IMG/VR virus record: IMGVR_UViG_3300020161_002252
Strand: one strand, 5' to 3'
Length of the DNA stretch: 64,000 nucleotides
Source: an uncultured virus (IMG/VR IMGVR_UViG_3300020161_002252)
Taxonomy: Duplodnaviria; Heunggongvirae; Uroviricota; Caudoviricetes; Herelleviridae
The notes under the pieces were generated by a model. The model saw only the letters and a list, made by a program, of their open reading frames with translations. It made no database searches and was not told where the DNA came from. Shown here in pieces: positions 49,177 through 57,535 of this stretch (positions are counted from its first letter, which is position 1; every line of letters begins with the position of its first letter). A program made the translations under genes and the position numbers.

Positions 49177-50973
49177 TTATACGATCACTTGAGAACCTTG
49201 GCCACCATCAACGCCAAAAAATGACATTTTAAGCTTTGGATCAGAAGCAATTCTTATTGTATCTCCCCCTGTTGATAGAATACCTTGTAATGCTTCGGTA
49301 GATATGAATCTTGAGAATGATAACCCATCTTTATTTGTTACTGGGATTTTCCCTAATGAGTAAATATAATTCTTTGGATCTTTAGAATCGCTTTGTTTAA
49401 TATTTGGTGATAAATCAACAGAGATAGTATCGTTTTCAATTTTTAATACTGCAAAAGGGTGTGTTTTTGTTTGTATTTTTAATATGTTTGTTTTCAAGTC
49501 TGAAGGAATTTTAAAGGGTTGTTCTTTTGATACGGTATTATGTAATTCTTTTACGCGCTTCAATTTAAAAGCACTATCTTCTGTTTTAAGTGCGTTAGAT
49601 GCTATATGTTCTGGAAGAATAGAAACACCTTGATCATTTGAAACATCTAATTTATTACCATTTTGTTTTATTGTTACTTTATCTTGAGAAAGAATTTTTG
49701 ATAGATTTTCTGAGGATAGTTGAAAAGGCTTTGTATCTGGATCTATTTTAATATTTGAAGGTACTTTTTGTTCCATGTAGCCCTTATTTGTTAAAGTATA
49801 GAAAGAACCATCATTATAAAAAATATGAGTTCTAGCAAGATATTCAGCTGTAGGTTCTCTATCCCCTTTTGAATACATGCTGGATTGTTCCGATAAAGTA
49901 TCAAAAATATTGCTTAATAATTTGTCATTATTTTTCATTTTAAAAGCATTTTTAGATAGGCTTATTTGTGGATTATTTAGAATATCTTCAAAAATAGTAT
50001 CTACTTTTTGACTACTAAAATCTTTAATTTCTTTTTCAATTGTTTCGTTATCTGCCGTATTTTCTCTAATCCTTTTAAAAATAGAGTCCCAAATAACTGG
50101 TATTTCTTTAGATTGTCGTGCTTTTGCTGTTACAATGCTAACAAGATTCTCATATTTATAATGCTTATCAAACAAAATGTTACTTAATGGATGATTCGCA
50201 ACTTCCTTTATATGCCTATTTTCATAATATTTAGCATCATTATAAAAAGGAAAAATACTTTGCATTTGTTTATCTGATAATTCCAGTGTATCTACATTGA
50301 AAATATCATCAAATGGGAATCCATTTTGTTCGCCAAATGTATATATCTTTTTAAGCCTCATTAATAAGCTATCAATATACCCTGATGATTGTTGAATATC
50401 GCGATCAATTTGTTTTTTAACCAAGGAAACAATTTCTTCTTTAGATTTACCTTCAAAAATACCAGTAGGTTTTGGCGCTTGTGGCGCTTCTGGTTTCTTT
50501 TTCAAAGAGTCAAGCTTGTTTACTTGAGCTTTCAATTTATCAAGAGTAGAATCTTTAACTTTATGCCCTTTTTCTTTCATTTGTTGGAAAGTGGCTAATT
50601 GCTTCTTTGCTCGTTCATGTGATCGTTCTATGCTGGTAGCATGTTCTTTGTGGATTCTATTTTGAAACTCAAGTTTAGATAGTGTTTCTTTTTGTCCTTT
50701 TTTATCCCCATCATCGTATTCAATTGTAAGTTTATCACCATCAACGGATTTAATATGCGCATGGTACTTATTATCACCTTCACCAAATGAAAAAGAAGCA
50801 TCCTTCACAAGTTCAGACTCGTGACCTAACCCTTTACCGTGTCCTGCTTGTTCTTGGTAGTAATATTTATACTTTGTTTTACCTGTTTTTGTTCCCCCAA
50901 TTGGTACACGTCTTACATATTTATGTGTTCTTGCCTTGAGTAGATCAAGGATCACTTTGTAAAATGAAAACAT
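49177..50973 (-). CDS. Head-region paralogue 2 (shared N-terminal module, unique C-terminus)
   Basis: Same N-terminal module followed by a P/A linker (PEAPQAPKP). Confidence 0.8.
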   Translation of the reverse strand: MFSFYKVILDLLKARTHKYVRRVPIGGTKTGKTKYKYYYQEQAGHGKGLGHESELVKDASFSFGEGDNKYHAHIKSVDGDKLTIEYDDGDKKGQKETLSKLEFQNRIHKEHATSIERSHERAKKQLATFQQMKEKGHKVKDSTLDKLKAQVNKLDSLKKKPEAPQAPKPTGIFEGKSKEEIVSLVKKQIDRDIQQSSGYIDSLLMRLKKIYTFGEQNGFPFDDIFNVDTLELSDKQMQSIFPFYNDAKYYENRHIKEVANHPLSNILFDKHYKYENLVSIVTAKARQSKEIPVIWDSIFKRIRENTADNETIEKEIKDFSSQKVDTIFEDILNNPQISLSKNAFKMKNNDKLLSNIFDTLSEQSSMYSKGDREPTAEYLARTHIFYNDGSFYTLTNKGYMEQKVPSNIKIDPDTKPFQLSSENLSKILSQDKVTIKQNGNKLDVSNDQGVSILPEHIASNALKTEDSAFKLKRVKELHNTVSKEQPFKIPSDLKTNILKIQTKTHPFAVLKIENDTISVDLSPNIKQSDSKDPKNYIYSLGKIPVTNKDGLSFSRFISTEALQGILSTGGDTIRIASDPKLKMSFFGVDGGQGSQVIV

Positions 50974-51019
50974 TGTTATTTTCCTTTCTTTGTTTTCTTA
51001 GTTATACTATTTTTATTAT

Positions 51020-52480
51020 TTAATTTTTAGTTTTTAAATGATCCGCCCATAAATCCGCGTCCGCCGTTCTTCTAGTCTTTCCACCCGTCAAAAATGAATA
51101 AACGCGCGCTCTTGCCCATGCTATTTGTGTTGCTCCTGGTCTATGCCCGCTTGTTGCCCAAGCTTCAGCCCCGCGCTTGTGTACTTCGCTTATAATGCGC
51201 TTTGAAACGCCTGTTAATTGAGAAGCTACTTTGATAAATTCTTGGGTTGTATTTCCCTTAGTTTTTTCTCTTACTGCACTGGCTAAACTGGTTCTTGAAT
51301 ACTTGGAAGGTTTTGTTTTGGTATCATCACCCACCAAAGGTTTATACTTATCCTTAGCTTTGATCTTGCCTTGTTTGCGTTGTTCTATTTGTTTTGTTCT
51401 CTTCTCTTTTTCATCTGGTTCTAGTCCTCTTAGATACTTGCTAGGAATTGATTTTGTGATTGTTTCCTTGAGCATTCGCCCTTGTTTTGTAACGATAAAA
51501 CCCCGTGGAATAGGTAGCGTATCGCATCTACAATTAGGATGCACTGGGAATAAGGTTGGCAATATGTTTTCTTTGGATCGCCCAACATTTACACCATTAG
51601 CAATTAATTGATCTGGTTCAAATAGCACTAGGTTTTCACCGTCTACAAATAACGATAAACAAATATCACAAGCGCTAGTATTTGGGAATCTGGCAACCAA
51701 TGAATCTTGATCTATTGCATCCAATAAGCGCCCTTCGTTATATGCTGCTTGTAACTCGGTTCTTGCGATTCTATCCCAATTTCTAGAATAGTCCTTAGTG
51801 ATATCCGCCAATCTGGAAGCTAAGGCCTTGTAATCTCTCCCATCTACAATTTCATTCGCTGTTTCTTGCTTGATTGTATCTAGGATAAATTGCCGTTGTT
51901 GTTCATTAACTTCTTCTGTAATCTCAGTCCCTTCCCAACCTTCAGCAATTGCACTATTTAAATCTTCCCCTACTTGGTTACCTAAACCCCTCGCATAAAT
52001 ACCCGCTCTTTGTAATGCGGAACTATACGCTTGTTTCTCTGAATCACCCATCCAAGAAGGCAAATTACGCGGGGGTTGTAATGGTTCTCCGTAAATATGT
52101 TCATAGCTTGGCGCTGGTGTTTCCATAGTGGAATTTTGACCGTCTATCTCTGTTTGTGATGGTTCTAGTGATACAATACTTTTTAAATGTTCTTTGATCA
52201 CTGGCTCCCATTCACTCAATCCCCAATCTCTAGCTTCTTTGATTTGTGTATTGTTCATCTCATTCAGCACTTGCCCCATCATAAACAAAAAAGCATAAGG
52301 ATCTAAACCCGCTATTTGTAAACCCTTTGTATCTAGTTTCAATGTTCCATTTTGCGCTAAATCCTTAATGCGTTCTGGACTTAACCCGCTATTTTGTATC
52401 CCAAATAACTCAATCAAAAATAAATCATGTTGATCTTGTACGCTTTGCAACGCTTGATCTTGTAACTCTTGTTTTTTCAT
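51020..52480 (-). CDS. MuF/gp7-like minor head protein with C-terminal extension domain
   Basis: RIARTE, AC-x-x-C and P-x-HPNCRC; basic extension containing GHRPGATQ-x-x-W-x-x-ARVYSF. Confidence 0.85.
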   Translation of the reverse strand: MKKQELQDQALQSVQDQHDLFLIELFGIQNSGLSPERIKDLAQNGTLKLDTKGLQIAGLDPYAFLFMMGQVLNEMNNTQIKEARDWGLSEWEPVIKEHLKSIVSLEPSQTEIDGQNSTMETPAPSYEHIYGEPLQPPRNLPSWMGDSEKQAYSSALQRAGIYARGLGNQVGEDLNSAIAEGWEGTEITEEVNEQQRQFILDTIKQETANEIVDGRDYKALASRLADITKDYSRNWDRIARTELQAAYNEGRLLDAIDQDSLVARFPNTSACDICLSLFVDGENLVLFEPDQLIANGVNVGRSKENILPTLFPVHPNCRCDTLPIPRGFIVTKQGRMLKETITKSIPSKYLRGLEPDEKEKRTKQIEQRKQGKIKAKDKYKPLVGDDTKTKPSKYSRTSLASAVREKTKGNTTQEFIKVASQLTGVSKRIISEVHKRGAEAWATSGHRPGATQIAWARARVYSFLTGGKTRRTADADLWADHLKTKN

Positions 52481-52556
52481 ACTATGCTCCTATTTTGCAT
52501 AGTATATCATATATTAGTTAGTTCCGAATAACCTAAGATATTTATCACTTTGATTC

Positions 52557-53852
52557 TTATTGTCTTGAAACTGGTGCTTTGTACTTGTAATATGATAAAC
52601 CTCGGCTACCTTCCTTCTTTCGGTCCCATCTGAATCCTAATCGCCAAAGTTTATCTTTATCTTTGAAATCACCTTCAACATATAAATATAAATTATCTGG
52701 ATTCCTGCCTTCCATATCATCATCATCAATCTCTGTTCCTACGCTACCATCTTCAAAAATATACGAATCGTAACCTTGATATCTTGAATTGTTATAGCGT
52801 TGAATGTAATCGTGTTGTGACTCAGTTAATTGTTTTGGCTTAGATTCTATGTTTTCATCTTGTGTAAATGTATCTTTTAAAAATTGTTTTGCCTTCTCAG
52901 TTCCAAGCTTCTGGATAAAATAGAATGGGATTTGATATTGTAGCCCGCTTCCATGCTTATCAAAATTCAAAACGCCCATAAACTTATCCATTCCTATCGA
53001 TTGTAACGCGGGTTTAATATGATTTTTCCAAGTATCCTCATCATACTTCTTTCTTGTGATCACCGCATACATCCCTTTCTCACTTGGATTATTTATTTGT
53101 TTATCGATATACTTATAAGCATTCATTCCAATAGAATCGGAAGGTAATGTATTTAATTCATCTTTGTATTTATTGTAGTCCCCATCTTCCGAAGATTCGT
53201 TGACCTCGTTTACAATATCTTCAATTTCTGGCGATCCCATAAAAGGGGCACTTATGAATCTTAGCCCCGCTTTATCTTTATCCCCATGACTCAAATCTCT
53301 AATAGTTTTAGCAAGAGAACCAAGCTGCTCAATGGATCTATGATATTGTTCAATATATTCTTCTTGTGCTGGAGTCTTAGCTAAAGAGTTAAGCTTCTCT
53401 ACTTGAGCTTTCAATTTATCAAGAGTAGAATCTTTAACTTTTGCACCTGTGGTTTTCATCTTTTCAAAAGTAGCAAGTTGTTTCTTTGCTTTTTCATGAG
53501 CTTGTTTGATACTGGTAGCATGTTCTTTGTGGATTCTATTTTGAAACTCGGTTTTGCTTAGTGTTTCTTTTTGTCCTTTTTTATCCCCATCATCGTACTC
53601 AATTGTAAGTTTATCACCGTCAACAGATTTAATGTGCGCATGGTATTTATTTTCACCTTCACCAAAAGCAAAAGAAGCATCCTTGACAAGTTCAGACTCA
53701 TGCCCTAATCCTTTGCCGTGTCCTGCTTGCTCCTGGTAATAATATTTATATTTTGTACTGCCTGTATGAGTTGCCCCAATTGGTACGCGCCTTACATACT
53801 TATGAGTTCTTGCTTTGATCAAATCAAGGATTACTTTGTAAAATGAAAACAT
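52557..53852 (-). CDS. Head-region paralogue 3 (shared N-terminal module, unique C-terminus)
   Basis: Same N-terminal module; C-terminal KD-x-L-x-x-LGFRWD motif. Confidence 0.8.
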   Translation of the reverse strand: MFSFYKVILDLIKARTHKYVRRVPIGATHTGSTKYKYYYQEQAGHGKGLGHESELVKDASFAFGEGENKYHAHIKSVDGDKLTIEYDDGDKKGQKETLSKTEFQNRIHKEHATSIKQAHEKAKKQLATFEKMKTTGAKVKDSTLDKLKAQVEKLNSLAKTPAQEEYIEQYHRSIEQLGSLAKTIRDLSHGDKDKAGLRFISAPFMGSPEIEDIVNEVNESSEDGDYNKYKDELNTLPSDSIGMNAYKYIDKQINNPSEKGMYAVITRKKYDEDTWKNHIKPALQSIGMDKFMGVLNFDKHGSGLQYQIPFYFIQKLGTEKAKQFLKDTFTQDENIESKPKQLTESQHDYIQRYNNSRYQGYDSYIFEDGSVGTEIDDDDMEGRNPDNLYLYVEGDFKDKDKLWRLGFRWDRKKEGSRGLSYYKYKAPVSRQ

Positions 53853-53862
53853 TGTTATTTTC

Positions 53863-54120
53863 CTATCTTGGTTTAGCCTTGTTTAAAACAGTCTTTGAAA
53901 TCTCATTTAATCGATCAGCATATAAGCTATTCATCTTATCCGCCAATTCATCAATCACCTTAAATTCTCCGCCCCTATGCTGCTTGTGATCTGCTTTACA
54001 TAGTTGATCAGCGTAAACGGAAGCGCTAATATGTTCCGCGTGTTGAGCGATATGCTTGGCTAGTGTATCTAAGTTGAATCTCTTCAATTCTTCATTACTA
54101 AGTTCAATATTAATTTTCAT
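53863..54120 (-). CDS. Hypothetical head-region protein
   Basis: GAGGA RBS before ATG 54120 (track start 54141). Confidence 0.6.
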   Translation of the reverse strand: MKINIELSNEELKRFNLDTLAKHIAQHAEHISASVYADQLCKADHKQHRGGEFKVIDELADKMNSLYADRLNEISKTVLNKAKPR

Positions 54121-54883
54121 TCTTTTGTTCCTCTCTTTCAAACTGGTTGATCATCTTTTTAGCCCAAGTAAAACCTGCATCACCACCCCAAAGAAGCCAT
54201 GAGATATTAGCTTTGCTGGATTTGTCTTTGTGAAACTTTTTGTATGCACTATGCCTTGAGAAAAAGGAATACATGCGCTTGATGGTCTGCTTGGATACTC
54301 TACCTTGAATCAAATTACTTGCGCGTTGAACACCGCTACCAATTCCCAATTTACCGGCTTGTTTAGAATCTAAACCACCGTGACCATATTCGCGCCGTAA
54401 TTCTAGGCCTCTTTGCGCTGCATCTCTTACACCCTGTGGAACTTCGTAACTATCTCCCCCTTTGGTTAACTTGGTTCTTCGATATATGATATCAACCATC
54501 AAGGGAACTAAGCCATATTGAATCAAATCTTGAATATGCTCAGTTAAATCTTGTTCAGTACTATGCAAAACATGTTCTAGTAATAAGTGCATATTGGCGC
54601 TTCTTGTACAATCACGATACACACGGCTGGCGAACATCTGAATTACTGGTTTTCTTATGATTCTTTGCTTCATTCTGGCGCGTTCTTCATCGCCCACTTG
54701 AGTCAATTGTATATCCATTTGATCGCAAAGAAAATCGTATTCATTCATGATTGCATCATTGACTATATCAAACACTTGTTTTTCACTTAATATCTTTGGA
54801 TGATCTGCAATCACTTCTTTTACTTCGTCAAGTCTGGGGTGCGGGTGCATTAGTGACTTGATTATCTCTTGAAACTTGATCAT
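54110..54883 (-). CDS. Head-region protein with a conserved phage C-terminal domain (RGLE...TIKRM-x-SFF-x-RH...LWGG)
   Basis: Motif pattern recurrent in phage head-module proteins; GAGGA RBS before ATG 54883. Confidence 0.65.
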   Translation of the reverse strand: MIKFQEIIKSLMHPHPRLDEVKEVIADHPKILSEKQVFDIVNDAIMNEYDFLCDQMDIQLTQVGDEERARMKQRIIRKPVIQMFASRVYRDCTRSANMHLLLEHVLHSTEQDLTEHIQDLIQYGLVPLMVDIIYRRTKLTKGGDSYEVPQGVRDAAQRGLELRREYGHGGLDSKQAGKLGIGSGVQRASNLIQGRVSKQTIKRMYSFFSRHSAYKKFHKDKSSKANISWLLWGGDAGFTWAKKMINQFEREEQKNEN

Positions 54884-54930
54884 TGTTCTTTTCCTCATGA
54901 AATGGGTTAAGAACATATTACTATATTTTA

Positions 54931-55440
54931 CTATCTATTTGTGTTTTTAGTTGCCTTGAGGGACTTTCTAATCATTTCAGCATACAAGCCAAAAGAGATA
55001 CTTTTTACTACTTTTTTCTCTGAATAGAATGTTTTTGCATTTGAAATAAAATACCAATCTATAAAAGTTTTGATAAAGGCTTCTAATTCAATAGCATCAT
55101 CATAATCTAGTGTTTGAATCTGGCTTAGGAAATACCCATCATTTTGTAGTGATACTTCTTGATTTATTTTGTCACTTACAAACTCGATTAGATCCTCATT
55201 AAGATAGTTTTTCTTGACATATTGAAGCGCTTCTATCTCTTTACTTGGCTTATTCTCATGCAAAGAATACATTGCTATTAGTTCATCACAACGATTAACC
55301 AAGTATGAAGAACCCTTTAAACAATCAAGTATGATATCTTTAATTTGTTCTTTGGAAATCTTGGTTGGCTTGGATGCTAGAATCATTTTAAGCCTATTAT
55401 ATTTAGATGCGTACGCATTTGATTTTCTTAATCTGGTCAT
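54931..55440 (-). CDS. Hypothetical head-region protein
   Basis: 169-aa ORF with K-S motifs; its ATG abuts the foreign cassette and has no RBS in situ. Confidence 0.65.
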   Translation of the reverse strand: MTRLRKSNAYASKYNRLKMILASKPTKISKEQIKDIILDCLKGSSYLVNRCDELIAMYSLHENKPSKEIEALQYVKKNYLNEDLIEFVSDKINQEVSLQNDGYFLSQIQTLDYDDAIELEAFIKTFIDWYFISNAKTFYSEKKVVKSISFGLYAEMIRKSLKATKNTNR

Positions 55441-56109
55441 TTTAATAATAATGTTTCACATGCTGTCCGTATGGGTGTTATCTCTCACAGTGGCAAAAAG
55501 TACAAAATGACACAATTAGGTAAAGATATCTTAGCTAATAATTCGCTCTATCCATCTATTTCTAAAGAACAGTTATTGAAGTACTATAGGGTTAACAAGG
55601 ATGATGGCTCAATACTTTTCCCTTATAGGGCAATACTCAAAATCTTTCTTGAAGTCGATTATGTTACAAGATTTGAATTTCTGTATTGCATATATTCTTT
55701 ATGTGATACTAGTGAAGCATCTATTCAGGATGCTATAGAAAGAATAAATTATCTTCGCGCAACATATCCAAATATTAATATTTTAGGTGAAAAAAACAAA
55801 GAAAAAGTTCTTGATATTATCAACACTAAGTATGATGTTCAATTTGGTTTCAAAGATATTTGGACCAGCAAAACCACAACATACAACCAGTTCAATTACT
55901 TTAAAAAGCATTTATGGGAGTTTAATAACATCTTTATCACTACTGAGGAGAAAACAGATAAAGAAAAAATTCGCATTAATCCAGGCGCTCAATCATCTAT
56001 CAAAGAGTTACTTGATTTGACTAGTACCATCGAAGTTTTTGCTGCCAGCAAAAATATGAACAAATTAGATGAACTATATGGAAAACGTATTTCAACCATA
56101 AACTTATAA
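55441..56109 (+). CDS. AlwI/type IIS-like restriction-enzyme DNA-recognition (winged-helix) protein, probably 5'-truncated
   Basis: Frame open from the junction at 55441 (FNNNVSHAVR-MGV...); 'YKMTQLG-x-x-IL' and 'FPYRAILKIFLEVDYVTRFEFLY' resemble AlwI-family recognition domains; convergent with the two MTases; no RBS before ATG 55471. Confidence 0.5.
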   Translation, partial: FNNNVSHAVRMGVISHSGKKYKMTQLGKDILANNSLYPSISKEQLLKYYRVNKDDGSILFPYRAILKIFLEVDYVTRFEFLYCIYSLCDTSEASIQDAIERINYLRATYPNINILGEKNKEKVLDIINTKYDVQFGFKDIWTSKTTTYNQFNYFKKHLWEFNNIFITTEEKTDKEKIRINPGAQSSIKELLDLTSTIEVFAASKNMNKLDELYGKRISTINL

Positions 56110-56167
56110 TCTTCAAGTTATTACAACACATAAAAGGTTCATTAAATTCAAAGTAGAGAGCCTCTTT

Positions 56168-57535
56168 TTATACTTTTTCTAAAACTACAATACTCTCTCG
56201 AAGCGAATTCTTTAAGTATGGATATAGCTGTATCTGTTGTCCTGACGTTTTGGCAATTCTACAAACAATAATCTCCTTAACTCTAAAATCATAATTTTCT
56301 GCAATAGCTCCAAGAAATAAATCTGTAGGAATAATTCTTCCAAGGTATGCACTCTGATCGACAACAATATAACATTTTTTTCCAGAAATTAAAACACTTG
56401 CACTTTCAGCAATTACCTTTTCCATGTCAGTAAAGTAACCCTTAATCATTTTAGGTACCTTTCTTGTTCTAGCATCTCTTTTCCCTGTTCTAGATTCTTT
56501 TTCAGGAATAGCTGATTCTATTTCTTCTGACATCCAATTAATAAAATCTCTTATCTCATTTCTTTCATCGGATCTACCAACAAAAGATTCTACTGCCTGT
56601 CGTCTATAAGTACTTATACCTTTCATATCTGAAGCGTAATCTGCAAGTATTACTTCCATCTTATATGATTCAAAATAGTCAAAAGAATTAGCATATGGAG
56701 GTGAATACATTATCGCACCAAGAGTTTTATCAATGATATTCGAATACTTATTAACTGTTTCCGATAATCGCATTGCATCTCCACAATCAATCGCTGAAAC
56801 TAAATTTGCAGGTATTCTAGACCTTTCAATATCTACTATCATTTCTTTGATTTTCTTTAAATAAAATGCTTCTACATTATCAACCCTAGTAGCCACTGTT
56901 TTTAAACCATTCCCGTCTCTCTTTCTATCAGAGACTTCTTCTATAATACAAATATAAGCACAAATCATTAACTCATATATTTTTGTACCAAGTAAATCCT
57001 TATTTGTATCTATAACTTGTCTTATCGAAACAAGTCGTTCAAAATTATGTTCATTAAAAAACTTTTGGACTTCCTGATATTTATCTTTATATTCATCAAA
57101 CATATTAGTTTGTTTCATACTTGTAATAATTTCAGGCAATACAGTTTTAATATGATTTATTTCTTCATTTGTATAACTCCTACATTTAACTTCTGAAATA
57201 AAAGCTGACATAGGATTTATATCTATTCCTATTCCCGAAAAACCATTTAAAGCAGCCTCTACTACTGTTGTTCCACTTCCACAAAAAGGGTCTAATACAT
57301 ATTCATCTTGTGCCATTCCACATCTATGAATTAGCTCTTTTATCAAAGTATGAGAAAATCCTTCCCTATATTTAAACCAGCCATGATATTGTATATCCTT
57401 ATTTTTAGAAAAATTTACAAGTTGACTAAAAAAATCGGCTTCATTTCTTATGTTAAATCTGTTCTCTAATCCATAAATGAATGCCTTTAGATTTTTATTC
57501 GCATAAATGTTAAATTTATCAATTGCATTTATCAA
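56168..57535 (-). CDS. DNA methyltransferase, alpha-order, probably N4-cytosine
   Basis: HGWFKYREGFS, VLDPFCGSGTT (motif I), GIDINP and SPPY (motif IV); TTG start with GAAGGTG RBS overlapping the upstream MTase stop. Confidence 0.88.
   Translation of the reverse strand: MINAIDKFNIYANKNLKAFIYGLENRFNIRNEADFFSQLVNFSKNKDIQYHGWFKYREGFSHTLIKELIHRCGMAQDEYVLDPFCGSGTTVVEAALNGFSGIGIDINPMSAFISEVKCRSYTNEEINHIKTVLPEIITSMKQTNMFDEYKDKYQEVQKFFNEHNFERLVSIRQVIDTNKDLLGTKIYELMICAYICIIEEVSDRKRDGNGLKTVATRVDNVEAFYLKKIKEMIVDIERSRIPANLVSAIDCGDAMRLSETVNKYSNIIDKTLGAIMYSPPYANSFDYFESYKMEVILADYASDMKGISTYRRQAVESFVGRSDERNEIRDFINWMSEEIESAIPEKESRTGKRDARTRKVPKMIKGYFTDMEKVIAESASVLISGKKCYIVVDQSAYLGRIIPTDLFLGAIAENYDFRVKEIIVCRIAKTSGQQIQLYPYLKNSLRESIVVLEKV

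Noticed and set aside
47650..53862. Repeated ~470-bp segments as a diversity-generating retroelement (TR/VR) or shufflon
   Set aside because: No reverse transcriptase or invertase in the window; the repeats are direct, N-terminal and in-frame, and no adenine-restricted mismatch pattern was evident by eye
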